DNA from: Epiperipatus broadwayi
Taxonomy: Eukaryota; Animalia; Onychophora
Reading direction: 5' to 3'
DNA length: 64,000 nucleotides
NCBI GenBank assembly: GCA_028023455.1
Contig: JAQFVV010000009.1
Span: 8,184,001-8,248,000 of the forward strand
Part shown: positions 11,976 through 23,255 of the stretch, piece by piece
Numbering within the stretch: the first letter of the stretch is position 1
Layout of the letters: the number at the start of each line of letters is the position of its first letter
Position numbers and translations under genes: made by a program
Notes under the pieces: model-generated
Seen by the model: only the letters and a program-made list of their open reading frames with translations
Database searches by the model: none
Told to the model about the DNA's origin: nothing

Positions 11976-13142
11976 AAAGGCAATAGCCAGTAAAAATTTC
12001 ATATACTTATCTATGAGGTTCCTCCGATTTCTCCACTTTTTCCTAAAGGCAAAATTGATTAGTAGTTTCCATATATTATGTATAGTCACCCTAGGTTGGC
12101 TTATGGGATTTTTGCCATTGACATGTGAACAGCTTCTTTAAATTTTCTTCTTTGTACCTTCTTGTATTTTCCCAATTGAATATATTGTCACATACATGGT
12201 CTGACACCTTAGACATATCTGTTTTCTCTCTTCTAATCATCAGCTTGTGTTCTTGCAAGCACTTTCAATGGAGCGACTGGTCTCACCAATATATGTTCTT
12301 CCACATTCACACGGTATTTCATAGATGCAGTTTTTTCTTTTCAGCATTTCAAGTTTAGACTTTGTAGAGGTTAGAATTCCTCGTAGTATGGTATCACTCT
12401 GAAAAGCTGTTCTGATGTTATACTGATTGTAGATTTTCCTTAATTTGTCTGCTATTTTTGGAATGTATGGGTACACAACAGTACCAATAATTGTTTTTTC
12501 TCTTGATTGTTTTTTTTTTTTTGTTGTGTATTTATCATTTTCTTAATAACAGTGCATGGATAACAATTTTTCATAAATTTGTTCTATATATATATAGAAG
12601 CGGTTAATCTGAGATTCAGATTGCGCTTCACAGTCCTATCCAATCTCCCACTACCAAACTGAATTCAAATTCCATTCCTACACTTATAAACGCACCTATG
12701 TAATCCAATTTCTTTTAGTTTTCTTTCAAAATAACTATGCCTAAGATATTTACTAATATCTTAACGAAATAAATAAATAATAATATTTAGTATAATTAAA
12801 GGTTGTATATTTGTGCAAAGGTCATATATATATATATCAACGGTGATGGGGGATTGTGTATAAACTAATAATTATATTCGTATGTTTTGTATTAAACTAT
12901 ATATTTAAAATTATATTCAAAATGTTATATTAAAATACGTATTTATGTAATGGCAGTCAGGATGATGCAATCGGCTTGGAAGGTTCTAGAAACATTCCAA
13001 ATACTTAACTAAAATCCATTAGTATTATTAAAATTATTAATCTTATAAAAAAATCAAATCAATTTTCGTAATGAAAATTTATCGTTCAGTAAAATCTATT
13101 TGAGCTAGAAATAGATTTGGAACAAACATTTTACAAACTTAC

Positions 13143-13639
13143 CAACCCGATTGCATTGTTTTGTACTACCTTCAGAACAAAAGGTGAATTTCTCATCTAA
13201 AAGGTTCTGTAGCAGCATTTTTATAGCCTCAGGTAATGGAGCATGAAAGCATTCCTTAGATAATCAGGAATCATAAAAATAGGGCCTGATTTGAGTCAAA
13301 ACAAGGAGAGTACCTAAATTTGTAAGGCATTGGCCAAATGAATCCACGTCACTCAAAATTTCAATATGACAACCACTGAGTAGCGAAAGATGCATCTTTT
13401 CCCGACCACTCCTGAACCAGCTCTCGCCAGCATGCTGCTCTACCATTAAACCTCCATAAACTGACATGCTATACCTTAAAGACTGACCTGGAAATCTGCT
13501 ATCTGCTTCCAAAATGATCGGAAGGACTTTCATGCTCAAAATGAGCCATGGTAAAATATGGAATTCACAACTTGTCAGAAATCACCAAGAATGAAGGTAA
13601 AACCATTGTAATGCTGCCTCATAGACTCTTAAATTTTCT
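13143..13639 (-). pseudogene. Candidate host-gene exon (possible BACK-domain/Kelch-like pseudogene)
   Basis: 497 nt between a TGTAG acceptor and a TTG|GTAAGT donor, in one continuous frame (ENLRVYEAALQWFYLHSW*FLT...FYDS*LSK...CNRV) with two TGA stops; VYEAALQW resembles the BACK-domain V(F/Y)EA..W motif. GC is raised over the flanks. Confidence 0.4.
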
Positions 13640-14369
13640 CTACAATAATTCTTAAAAAATTAAGAATTTAATATTTAAAGCTTCTAAATTTTCTGTAACC
13701 TGTTGTTTTGTGTTAAAATATCCTCATAATTTAATCTAAATTTAATTTGATATGGCAACTATTTTCTTATGCCCTATATATATATATATTTTAAATCCCA
13801 AATGTATGTCAATAAACTCCCACCCTTGCAAGTATAATTATTTTATTTTAACTCCTTCCACCCTCACAAATAAAATTATTTTATTTTAGCTCCTCGCTAT
13901 TAAAAGGGAGTGCCAATTCATTAATTATTTTGTCTTTACTTTAAAAACTACAGACACTTGCTAGGTTGGGAGAAGATTTTTAAATGTTTTTTTTAATCCA
14001 TTATATTTTTTGCGTAAACAACAGAGGGGGGAAAATAAAATTCCACTTTTGATTAGTTTTCGGGTTATACAAATATTAATCTATTTACTAGTGCAATATT
14101 AGTTTTAAAACAAATATATTAATTACATATATATTTCTTTTATGCTTCTTGATCCTCGCCCAGTCAAACATATATATATACTTTATTAATAGAGCACACC
14201 TTAGGCTGTAAAATGTATTTATGTTAAATGTATGTGGAGTTTTTAATGAAAAAATGAAATGAAAGGGGGGGAGTAGAACATTAGTTTCTGTTAAGTTTAA
14301 ATATATTTCTCTGATAATGCCATTTAATCTACGTTTAGTAAATCCGATCATACCATCATATCTTGACTA

Positions 14370-14747
14370 GTTATTAGTCTATCCCAAGCGTTGCTAGCAT
14401 AGGGTCTTATTTTTCATAATCAAGCTTTATCAAGAGATGTGTGTTAGAATGCCCACGCCATCTCATCTTTGTTCTAGTGCATAAACAGTGCGATGGATGA
14501 CCCTGGACCATCAACTCACGCAATGAGAGCTCTGCATGGGATAATTCCGGCAAAGTTCAGCTCATAGTAACTTTGTCCGATACCCCCAATTCCAAGAAAC
14601 CAATTTCACAAAATTTGGGTGTGGCAATTCAGCATATTCTTATTTCAAAATGACAAAGCACTTTATTTCCAAGAAATGGATCCGCAAATCTTACTTGGCC
14701 ATTACTTATGTTATATTCCTCATTTAAAAGCTTAAGCTGATAAATAC
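14370..14747 (-). pseudogene. Second candidate exon of the same decayed gene
   Basis: CTACAG acceptor, then GIYQLKLLNEE...VRFADPFLGNKVLCHFE and, after a 1-nt shift, EYAELPHPNFVKLVS (BACK-like FAD...EF.ELP...VKLIS). The 3' boundary is uncertain. Confidence 0.33.
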
Positions 14748-16639
14748 CTGTAGATATAATGTTGTGGTTTCACTAAACGTAGTTCATATATTGATCACTT
14801 TTCTTTTGATGTGTCACGTTGCTTAATGACACAAGAGATATTTATTTATAGAAATACTCCCACATACGTTAATCATTTAAATAAAGTATATAAATCTTTA
14901 ATGTGTATATTTTCCATACTCAATAAATTTATGATAATTTAGTCGGTTAATTAACTGACAATTATGTAAATCATTTTGAAATCAGTCAAGGTTGTGTTTC
15001 TCTCTTGTACTTCGGGCGAATTGTTATAATTGTACGCTACACTATCGTGCGAGATTAATAATCTATAAACGTATATGTAATATCCTTGTTAAAGTGTGAC
15101 AGCAGCACAACACAACTTACCTGTAATATGAGGCTAATTACCTAATATAATTCAATGTATAAATTTCTGATTTTCTATTTATCTTTATTATTAAATATAA
15201 TATAAAACAACATCTCTAATCATTGCAATTTCTTTATTTAATTGATTCAATTAAATTTAAGATAATAGTTATTAAATTATTAATGTCGTGATTTGGAAAG
15301 TTATAAGATCCCGCTAATGTTAAATATTTATATTGGCCTTTACTGTATGTAGAAACACCCTTGCCAGGATTTTCCCTTGAGTCTCTTTGTTTCTCCGCTG
15401 TGTGATGTCAGCCGAAAATAAATTAAATAATCTAGTATCATCGGAGTTGCTGCTCATAAGTAATTGAATCTGGAAGCTGGGCATACAGGGCAGAGTTCAT
15501 AAGTATTCCTGACATGTGTATTTTGCACATGATTGGACTCTAGGTACTTATGATCAGGTTTTAGATAGAGTTGTGTGATTATGTAAACCGTCCGGTACAA
15601 TATCTTTTCTTTAGCCAACTCGCTGGTTTCTGAACAAACTTCTCTTGCTCTAATCCATAGTGATAGTATATCTCCATGTTTTGTGTTTCTGATGTGATTG
15701 GATGTATAGACTAAGTATTTTCCTGTATGTATAAATTTTCGGTAAACAGTAGTTTTGATTTTGCCATAAGGGAGTCTCATCACAAGAACATCTTAGAATG
15801 CCAATTTTTGTTCTTGTTCTGATTATATTATGAATTTAAATGAAGGGGATATGTTGTTGATATGTTTACACATACAGGAAAATATCTAGCCCATATATCC
15901 AATCACACCAGAAACATAAAACGTGGAGTTATACTATCACTATGGAACAAAGCAAAAGAAGTTTGTTCAGAAACCAGCGATTTGGAAAAATAAAAGATCT
16001 ATATATAACAAACTCTTAAGAAAAATGGTTATCTATCAGCTGTTATTAAGAAAACATTAAATAGACAATAAAAAGAACCACCAAGAGAAAAAACAATTAT
16101 TGGTACTGTAGTGTACCCATACATTCCAAAAATAGCAGACAAATTAAGAAAAATCTGCAATCAGTATAACATCAGAACAGCTTTCCAAAGTCACACTATA
16201 TTATGAGGAATTCTAACTGCTACAAAGCCTAAACTTGAAGTGCTGAAAAGAAAAAACTGCATCTATAAAATACCATGTGAATGTGGAAAAACATATATAG
16301 GTGATATCAGTCACCCCATTGAAAAGTGCTTGCAAAAACAGGAACTGATGATTAGAAGAGAGAAAACAGATATGTATAAGATAGCAGAACATGTATGTGC
16401 CAATGAACATATGTTCAATTGGGTAAATACAAAAATATTGGATAATAGAGTAAGAAAAGATACAAAGAAGAAAATTTAAAGAAGCTGCTCACATGTCAAT
16501 GGCAAAAAAATCCCATAAGCCAGACCCAGTGTAGCTATACATAATGTATGAAAACCACAATTTGGCTCTTAAGAAAGGTGGAGAAATCAGGAGGAACATC
16601 ATAGATAAGTATATGAAATTTCTATTGACTGTTGGCTTT

Positions 16640-17097
16640 GGCAGGATAGCTCAGTTGATTAGAGCATTATCTTAAAAATTCAATACTCAAGACTCTAAGG
16701 CAGGGGTCCCCAACCCTATGCCCGCGGGCACCATGGCACCCGCAGACCATTTTACGTGTGCCCGCCACTATCAAAAATTATTTACCTGATACAAATAAAT
16801 TTAATTTTTAAAATTTCTTATAAATTATTGTATTATACTGCAATCAAATTGAAGGGCATACTATACTTTTACAGTGTAAAAATATATGTTAAGATTTTAT
16901 TTTTCAAATAAATATTTTTTTGTACATTATGTGTATTATTAACAATATCCAACTATAAATTTACATTGAAAAAATAAATGGTGCCCACCATCTGGTTGAA
17001 AAAAATAAATGGTGCCCGCCACCTGGCTGGTATTTTAGAATGTGCTCTTAAGTGCAAAAAGGTTGGGGACCCCTGCTCTAAGGGTCCAGATTCAAAT
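16640..17097 (+). ncRNA. tRNA-Lys-derived head, copy 2 (split by the hAT MITE)
   Basis: GGCAGGATAGCTCAGTTGATTAGAGCAT (A box) ... CTCTAAGG[MITE]CTCTAAGGGTCCAGATTCAAAT (B-box remnant). Confidence 0.7.
16701..17075. mobile_element. hAT (Charlie-type) MITE, 375 bp
   Basis: Perfect 15-bp TIRs CAGGGGTCCCCAACC / GGTTGGGGACCCCTG; perfect 8-bp TSD CTCTAAGG (16693-16700 and 17076-17083); absent from the paralogous site at ~11915. Confidence 0.97.
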
Positions 17098-17120
17098 TGC
17101 ATGCTAGTTCTATCACTGGT

Positions 17121-17190
17121 CAGGTCAGCAATACCTGAAGAAGAGGGGAGAATAATATCTCTCAAAAAATTGTGCATATACTAACCCGTT
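17121..17190 (+). ncRNA. Hammerhead motif, copy 2 (core damaged)
   Basis: CAGGTCAGCAATAC-CTGAAGA-AGAGGGGAGAATAATATCTCTC-AAAA (GAAA mutated)-..TTGTGCATATACTAACCCG. Confidence 0.55.
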
Positions 17191-17269
17191 TGATGTGCTA
17201 TTACTAACAGTTGAATATATTTAGAATATTTAAATAAAATTAATTTTTTCTAAAGACATTCAATACTCA

Positions 17270-18120
17270 TAATTATGATGGAAATAGTCCAATATAAAAG
17301 TTCAACTAAAACACCATCATCACAAACCTTCAGGAAAACACTGATTTATTTCTGATATATCAAAATTATTAAGAGTTTCGTCTGTTTTATTGGTTATTTG
17401 AAATTATAAGATGGCTTAGCTTTATTAATAATTGCAAAAATAGCTTCTATTATAAAAGTTTCACACTTTCATAGTATTGATGATTGATTCATTTACCACT
17501 CAAGATTTTGGGAGGTAAAATAAAAGTGGTCATTGTTTTATCTGATCAATAAATCGACATTAATGTAAGAGAATGGATTCTGTTTACAAGTTATTAAAAT
17601 GATTCTGTAGGAATCTGATTTGTGAATTATAATAATGTATTCAGAATTATTTAGTTGAGAATAAGCTTATATATGACAATAATAATAAAAAATATATAAA
17701 ATTAAATGGTAAAGACTAGATCAGAATTAAATAACACCTGTAATTATCTTTAAGATTTTGATTAATAAAACTAAAAAATAAATAGTTAATCATTCTTATC
17801 AATCTCAAACTACATGAATCTGAAGATATAACATTATTCCCATTCATTTATAATATATGATGATGTATATTTAAATCAGGAACACATTATTTAATTCACA
17901 TAAAAATTAAAACTTTTGAAAACACAAATCTAAATATTGTAACTTATAAATATATATCTATATACAAAATGTATCCAAGATATAAGTAAATCCTTTTCTT
18001 AAATATATATAAAATTGAACACTAACAGCTAAACTATAAAATTACATAAATTTAAACAACTTTGAATTTCTTATATCTTGAATATATTTCATATATCTAA
18101 ATAAATGTTTAACAAATATG
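17270..18120 (-). mobile_element. Highly decayed PLE fragment(s)
   Basis: Minus translations LVNRIHSLTL (linker) and KVCDDG...FYIG (GIY-YIG remnant, 17280-17345); many stops. Confidence 0.5.
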
Positions 18121-18199
18121 ATTGGCCTTGTGTGATTAATTCTCTGGCTTACAGATTATAAGTTGTAAACATAGAAATTTGCATTTTCAATAAGTTTAT

Positions 18200-19335
18200 A
18201 TTTAAATATTCACTACATATTGCATTCTGAATGAGAGTGATGTTATATTGATAAAATCATTTAAAGAAGGTCTAAGTTCAGAAAAAAATGTGTAGTGTTG
18301 AGATAGTTGTTTGCTTTTTCCTTATAATGATATAGGGGACTAGCTGTTTATTGTGTGAGTTTTATTAACAGCTTATTTTAAAGATTAATAAGGTGTTGTT
18401 TATATATTATAATAATACTACAAATCGATGTCTGAATTTCTTCAATATAATATACGTAAACTTATAAATAAATATTAGAGAGATAAACTGGATTACTATA
18501 TGACTATTAAACATATAGCAAAAAGAGGCTACATTCCATATAAATCAAAAGTATCAATGTCACATAAAATGGCAGATTTGAAGTCCTCCTTGTTTAGAAA
18601 TGATAATCTTTGTAAATATTCATCGGATAAAGGCAAAAATATTGAAATGTATTCTAATGAAGTGCTAAATGTTGGTTATAATTACGATCATATTTATTAT
18701 ACTATTAAAAATTTTAATTTGAAATATAAATACAAAAATAAAGATTACTAATGATGTTAATTCTTCTGATAATAAAATTTGGATATCAATACCATATATT
18801 TCGAATTAACAGACAAGTTTCATAAGGAAAATTTATAAAGGTATATGTGACATTGCATTTTATGCATCACCTACATTAAATAAATTAATAAATAACTGTA
18901 AAGATAAAACTTTATTTAAAAATAAAAATTGTATCATTTATAAATGGATGTGTAGGTGTGGTAGTGGATATATAGGTGAGATAAGATGCACATTAGAGAA
19001 AAGAACAGAAGAGCACTTGTTGTTATTAAAAAGAGTTCAAAATACGAAACAAAATTCTAAAGATAATGATAATTTATCAGCTTCTGTTTTTTATGACCAT
19101 AATAAATCATGTATATATGGTTTTGATTTCAATTATAATAATGTAAAAATATTGCAAACTAAAAGAAATAATAATAAAAGAAAAATCAAGGATGCTAAGT
19201 TAATATATAAATACAAGCAAGACTAATCAATAGGCAGATAGCAAACATTAAGATAATGGAATTATGGGAAAGTTGATTTTTCAAAGTATTAGTTGACAAA
19301 GACTACAAGGACAGTTAAAAGCACTCTTAAGTGAC
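18200..19335 (+). mobile_element. PLE 3' portion (decayed RT, linker, GIY-YIG)
   Basis: IIYKWMCRCGSGYIGEIRCTLEKRTEEH...FNYNNVKIL (18948-19226); WISIPY linker motif near 18780. Confidence 0.8.
19288..19330 (+). ncRNA. Degenerate hammerhead motif
   Basis: ttag-TTGACAA-AGACTACAAGGACAGTT-AAAA-GCAC-TC-ttaa can be read as a decayed CTGANGA-AGACTG..CAGTC-GAAA-GCGC-TC; it sits at the 3' end of the PLE and resembles the motif at 19662-19706. Confidence 0.4.
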
Positions 19336-19555
19336 GTTTATATTTTTTGTTTTTTTTTAAACAAATTTTAATTACTGTATTTTCTAATCTTTATTCATAA
19401 GTTAACATATATTATAATATATATACAGTTATGTATATAGATAATTGCAACAATAAATTTTAAAAAAATCTAAAATTTAATAATTTTTGTAAGTACAAAA
19501 AAAAAAAAAACACTGCATAATAAATGTGTATGCAAACAAAAATGTTAAAGTTATT

Positions 19556-20544
19556 ATACTTATATCTTCTCCCTTACTTTTTTTGCATTCTTTCATATAT
19601 ATTACTTTTTATAAATCTCCATATATACACTTTAATGCAAAATTTTTTATAATTCCTTTAATTTTCTAACAGTTTCAACTGTCCTGCAATCTTCATCAGA
19701 GCATTTGTATAACCTTCCCCTTTCTTTTTAAATTTATAACTCTTCTGACATTTTTTTCATTTTCTCTCTATATTTTTTTTCATTAATACCATTTTATTAC
19801 CCTTACCCGATTTTGCAAATATTATCTTTTCTTCATATTTCTTTTTTTATCTCTTTAACTTCTTTTACTATTATTTTATTTTCATTAATTGTCCTATTCT
19901 TATCCTTTTTACTATCTCTACCTTTCAATTTCTTCATTTTATATTTCATATTATTTACTTCTTTTAATATTTCCATCAATTCTTTATCTTTCTTACTTAT
20001 GACATTATTAATGTCATTATTTTCATAAAAATATATATTATAATTATTTTCCAAATATTTCTGTGCCAATTTTTCTATTAACACCTGTATTTCTAATACA
20101 TCTGTATTACTACATCTTTCATATGGCACATATTTTATCCCTTTCTTAAGTATCTCCATCTCTTCTTCTTTCAATTTTATATCACTTAAATTATATATTT
20201 TATTTCTATTTTTTACACATCCTTCTTTATCTTCATTCTCCTTCATCAAGTTATCCATTTTTCATTTATGTCTCAACCTTGTATTTTCATTTATAATATC
20301 CGTCTTCTTTTTACATAATTCTCTAAACAATTCTTCTTCCTTCTTATTTATCCTTCTAACCAGTATTCCTTTTCTTCATTTTATATCCATTTTTAAAATA
20401 CATTCTTTTAAAATTTTCTTTTCCATATTATTTATAATGTTTTCTTTATTCTTCATCCCCTCCTTAGAAAATTAAAGGAATTATAAAAATTTTGCATTAG
20501 AGTGCATATGTGGAGATTTATAAAAAGTAATATATATATATATG
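19556..20544 (-). mobile_element. Non-autonomous PLE derivative (N-terminal ORF piece + HHR-bearing 3' end)
   Basis: 15-bp TSD AATGTTAAAGTTATT (19541-19555 and 20545-20559); IYNLSDIKLKEEEMEILKKGIKYVP matches the PLE N-terminal NLS..L...E..L.KG..F.P motif; ~85-bp inverted repeat 19586-19669 / 20464-20545. Confidence 0.75.
19662..19706 (-). ncRNA. Minimal hammerhead ribozyme motif
   Basis: Minus strand AAATGCT-CTGATGA-A-GATTG(cagga)CAGTT-GAAA-CTGTT-AG: intact core boxes, helix II with wobble pairs, weak helix I. Confidence 0.6.
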
Positions 20545-22744
20545 AATGTTAAAGTTATTGCAAGAAAAAAATGCAAGAAAAGAAGCATATGTTGATACTC
20601 ATAAAACAGAGCAAATAGAGTTACCTTTATTACTTCTTTTTTCATTTAATATCTTCATAATTTTTTTCTGCCATTTAATTACTCAATTCAGTGCCTCTTA
20701 TTTAATTCTTTCAATAAATATTTTTTCTCACTTGCTTTATAGATGACAATGGTGATGAATAATAAAAATAAAAAAAACTCAAAGCATATTCAAAATATCT
20801 AAATTTACTAATTATCTTATAACTACACAAATTTAAAGATATTATTTTTTCCTTCACCTTTCCATATCTTGCAAATTTCTATTCCATACAAAGTTATTCT
20901 GTAACCATAACATTTAACAAGTCTCTATTTTACAATTACTTTCAATGAACCACAAAATAATTTCATACATTATTAAAATCTTATCCAGGTAATGCAATTC
21001 TTAAACATTTCCATAATCAGTTAAACAACTGCATAGATATTTGAAATACTAGCCAGCTTATATAATTTCCTGTCCAAATATCACTCTTAACGTTTTTACC
21101 TTCTATCTATTCTCAGTATTTTTTTAATTACAAACTTACTAGAAATTCTTAAAAATCCAATTAACACTTATGAAATTAACTTTTTCTATTTACAAGCACT
21201 ATTATACCATCAGTAAATCAAATGACCATTTTTATTCAAAATTAATATTAATTTTATGAAAATAACAATAAAAGAAGATCCCCATTTTATACCTATATCC
21301 GTTACTATTTAAAGTTCCCAAATATCTTCTATCTCATACACTCATTTTCTAATATCTATATTTATAATATTTGCATCATTCTTCAGCTAAAAAAAAAAAA
21401 TGTCTATCTATTAAGAATTTTGTTCATTCAGGATGTTAACATCCTTTGCTATATATCCTTATATTTCAACTCTATAAATTTTTCTTTAAGGAAATCATAA
21501 ATATTTCATTAAATTTCTTTATTGGTTTTTAGCAGGGGTGATCATACTTTTAAACATTGGGGTGACTTTTTTGGTGAAAGTGTACATGAGGGTGAATACA
21601 TTTTTTTCAGGGAAACCAGAAAAAAAATGTTATTTTTGCCAGAACAAAAACCGGAACAGGAAAAAATAACGTTTTGAAGTCCTGGAATTTTTAGAATGTA
21701 CTTACGAATTGGTATTTTTTTTATAAGGACTTTTTAGGAGATATGAACTGATGAATTTTTTTTCTATAAGATACAAACTGTTAAAGACATTTTATATGAT
21801 TACTATTAAATTATCTCAGCTCCCTCTAGTATTACAATTTGTCCATGTCGCTTTATAAAATATTATTAAATTACTATATGAAGTGTTTTAAAAAGTTCAC
21901 AACTTCTTTGTTTTAAAATCAGTTCATTAAAATCCTTGTTTCTCCAGGACAAGTTATTTTCATTTCTCCTCGGGAAAATAGCAATTAAATATTTCTAAGA
22001 ATTTTAGCTCTAGCATTACACAAAAATAATTTAATTTTTTTCAGCGACTTCCAACTTGGGTTTATTTTTGAGATTGACAATAACAACAGGTATTATTTTA
22101 AATAAAATTATTTTTAAATGAGAATAGTTTTGAATTTTTATTTTTTTAAAATTCAAATCAGCTCTGAATTTATCACTATAATTTGACAATGTTCAAGTCA
22201 GCTTCGCGGTTGACTTCCAGAGACGTTGTAGTCGACATCTTGGCCACCACTGGTTTATAGCTTACTATCCATAATAAAGTTGTCACTTAAGAATAAGGAA
22301 CCAAACTTTTACATTATATAAAAATATTAAATCATAAATACCAACATTGATAAATTACATCACCACAGCCAAAGTGTGACTAAATCAGTAGAATATCAAC
22401 AATTTGTTGTCAAAGCAACACCAATTTAGACTTCTATTGGTTTATTTAAACTTGGATTGTTGCAATGTAATTTATATATAATATTTTCATAAAATGGTGT
22501 TTGTTAGGTTTGTTAACAAAAAAAGGTCTATATTTATATATATTTCTAGTTTGACTTTTTCCCCCTGTATTTTCATAACTAATAATTTTGAATAGTGTAT
22601 GCAATCTATTTCATATAAAGCTTGCAAAAATAACATAATTATAATATTCTTATTATCAATATATAGTTCTTTTTTTAATTTTGAATAAAATCAGATTGGA
22701 AGTTATATTGTAATAAGTTTTATATTATTTGTGTAATTCTTACA

Positions 22745-23255
22745 TTTCCAAAAACTTGATTTTGCTAAGTTTAGTCCATGAAATGCAAATCAACTACTTC
22801 GTGAAAATTCTTGATATTTGGTATTAAAAAATGATATGTCATTTGATAGTTTTGTCCTAAGAATATTGTAAGGAAATATTAGTTTATAGTTTTTTCAAAT
22901 AGTAACAAAAACTCATAATTAATAAATGCTGTCAAAGAAGTCTTCACATTAACTGATTGATGTATCTTAGTAAATTCAAACCTTTACACTAATTTCTTTA
23001 CTTCTATACAAAATAGCATAAAGTCTTGGCATTTTCCAACACAATTAATGTGAAGACTTCTTTCATGGCATTTATCAATCATTTACATATTTTTTCTTAC
23101 CATTTGAAAAGACTGTAAATTAATTTATCCTTACAACTTCATTCTTAGAGAATAATATCAAATGATGTATTATTTTTTTAATATCAAACTTTTAAAAAAT
23201 ACAAAAAGATTATTAAAAAGAGTTCCTGAAATTGGCAGCAATTTAATTTTTAACA
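22745..23255. repeat. Diverged ~500-bp palindrome (foldback/MITE-like)
   Basis: Arms such as ataaatgctgtcaaagaagtcttcacattaa (22922) and ttaatgtgaagacttctttcatggcatttat (23045); matches continue outward for about 200 bp. Confidence 0.7.

Larger units (their letters stand above)
11785..12590 (-). mobile_element. PLE 3' portion (GIY-YIG + 3' UTR), copy 1
   Basis: YPYIPKIADKLRKI...NCIYEIPCECGRTYIGETSR (12240-12476); colinear in inverted orientation with 16080-17213. Confidence 0.9.
15590..17213 (+). mobile_element. PLE copy 2 with inverted 5' segment
   Basis: Plus strand: HTGKYL...SNH linker (~15870), YPYIPKIADKLRKI, and CIYKIPCECGKTYIG (16240-16479). The segment 15590-15870 is the RT C-terminus on the minus strand (DVLVMRLPYGKIKTTVYRK) and partly duplicates 15870-16012. 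Confidence 0.88.

Noticed and set aside
13143-13639. Bacterial AAA-ATPase-like (PF09820) horizontal transfer
   Set aside because: The YNGFTF and FWK resemblance lies in a frame with many stops; the alternative frame is continuous and bounded by splice sites.
21533-21700. hAT-like left end CAGGGGTGATC
   Set aside because: No matching right TIR or TSD was found.
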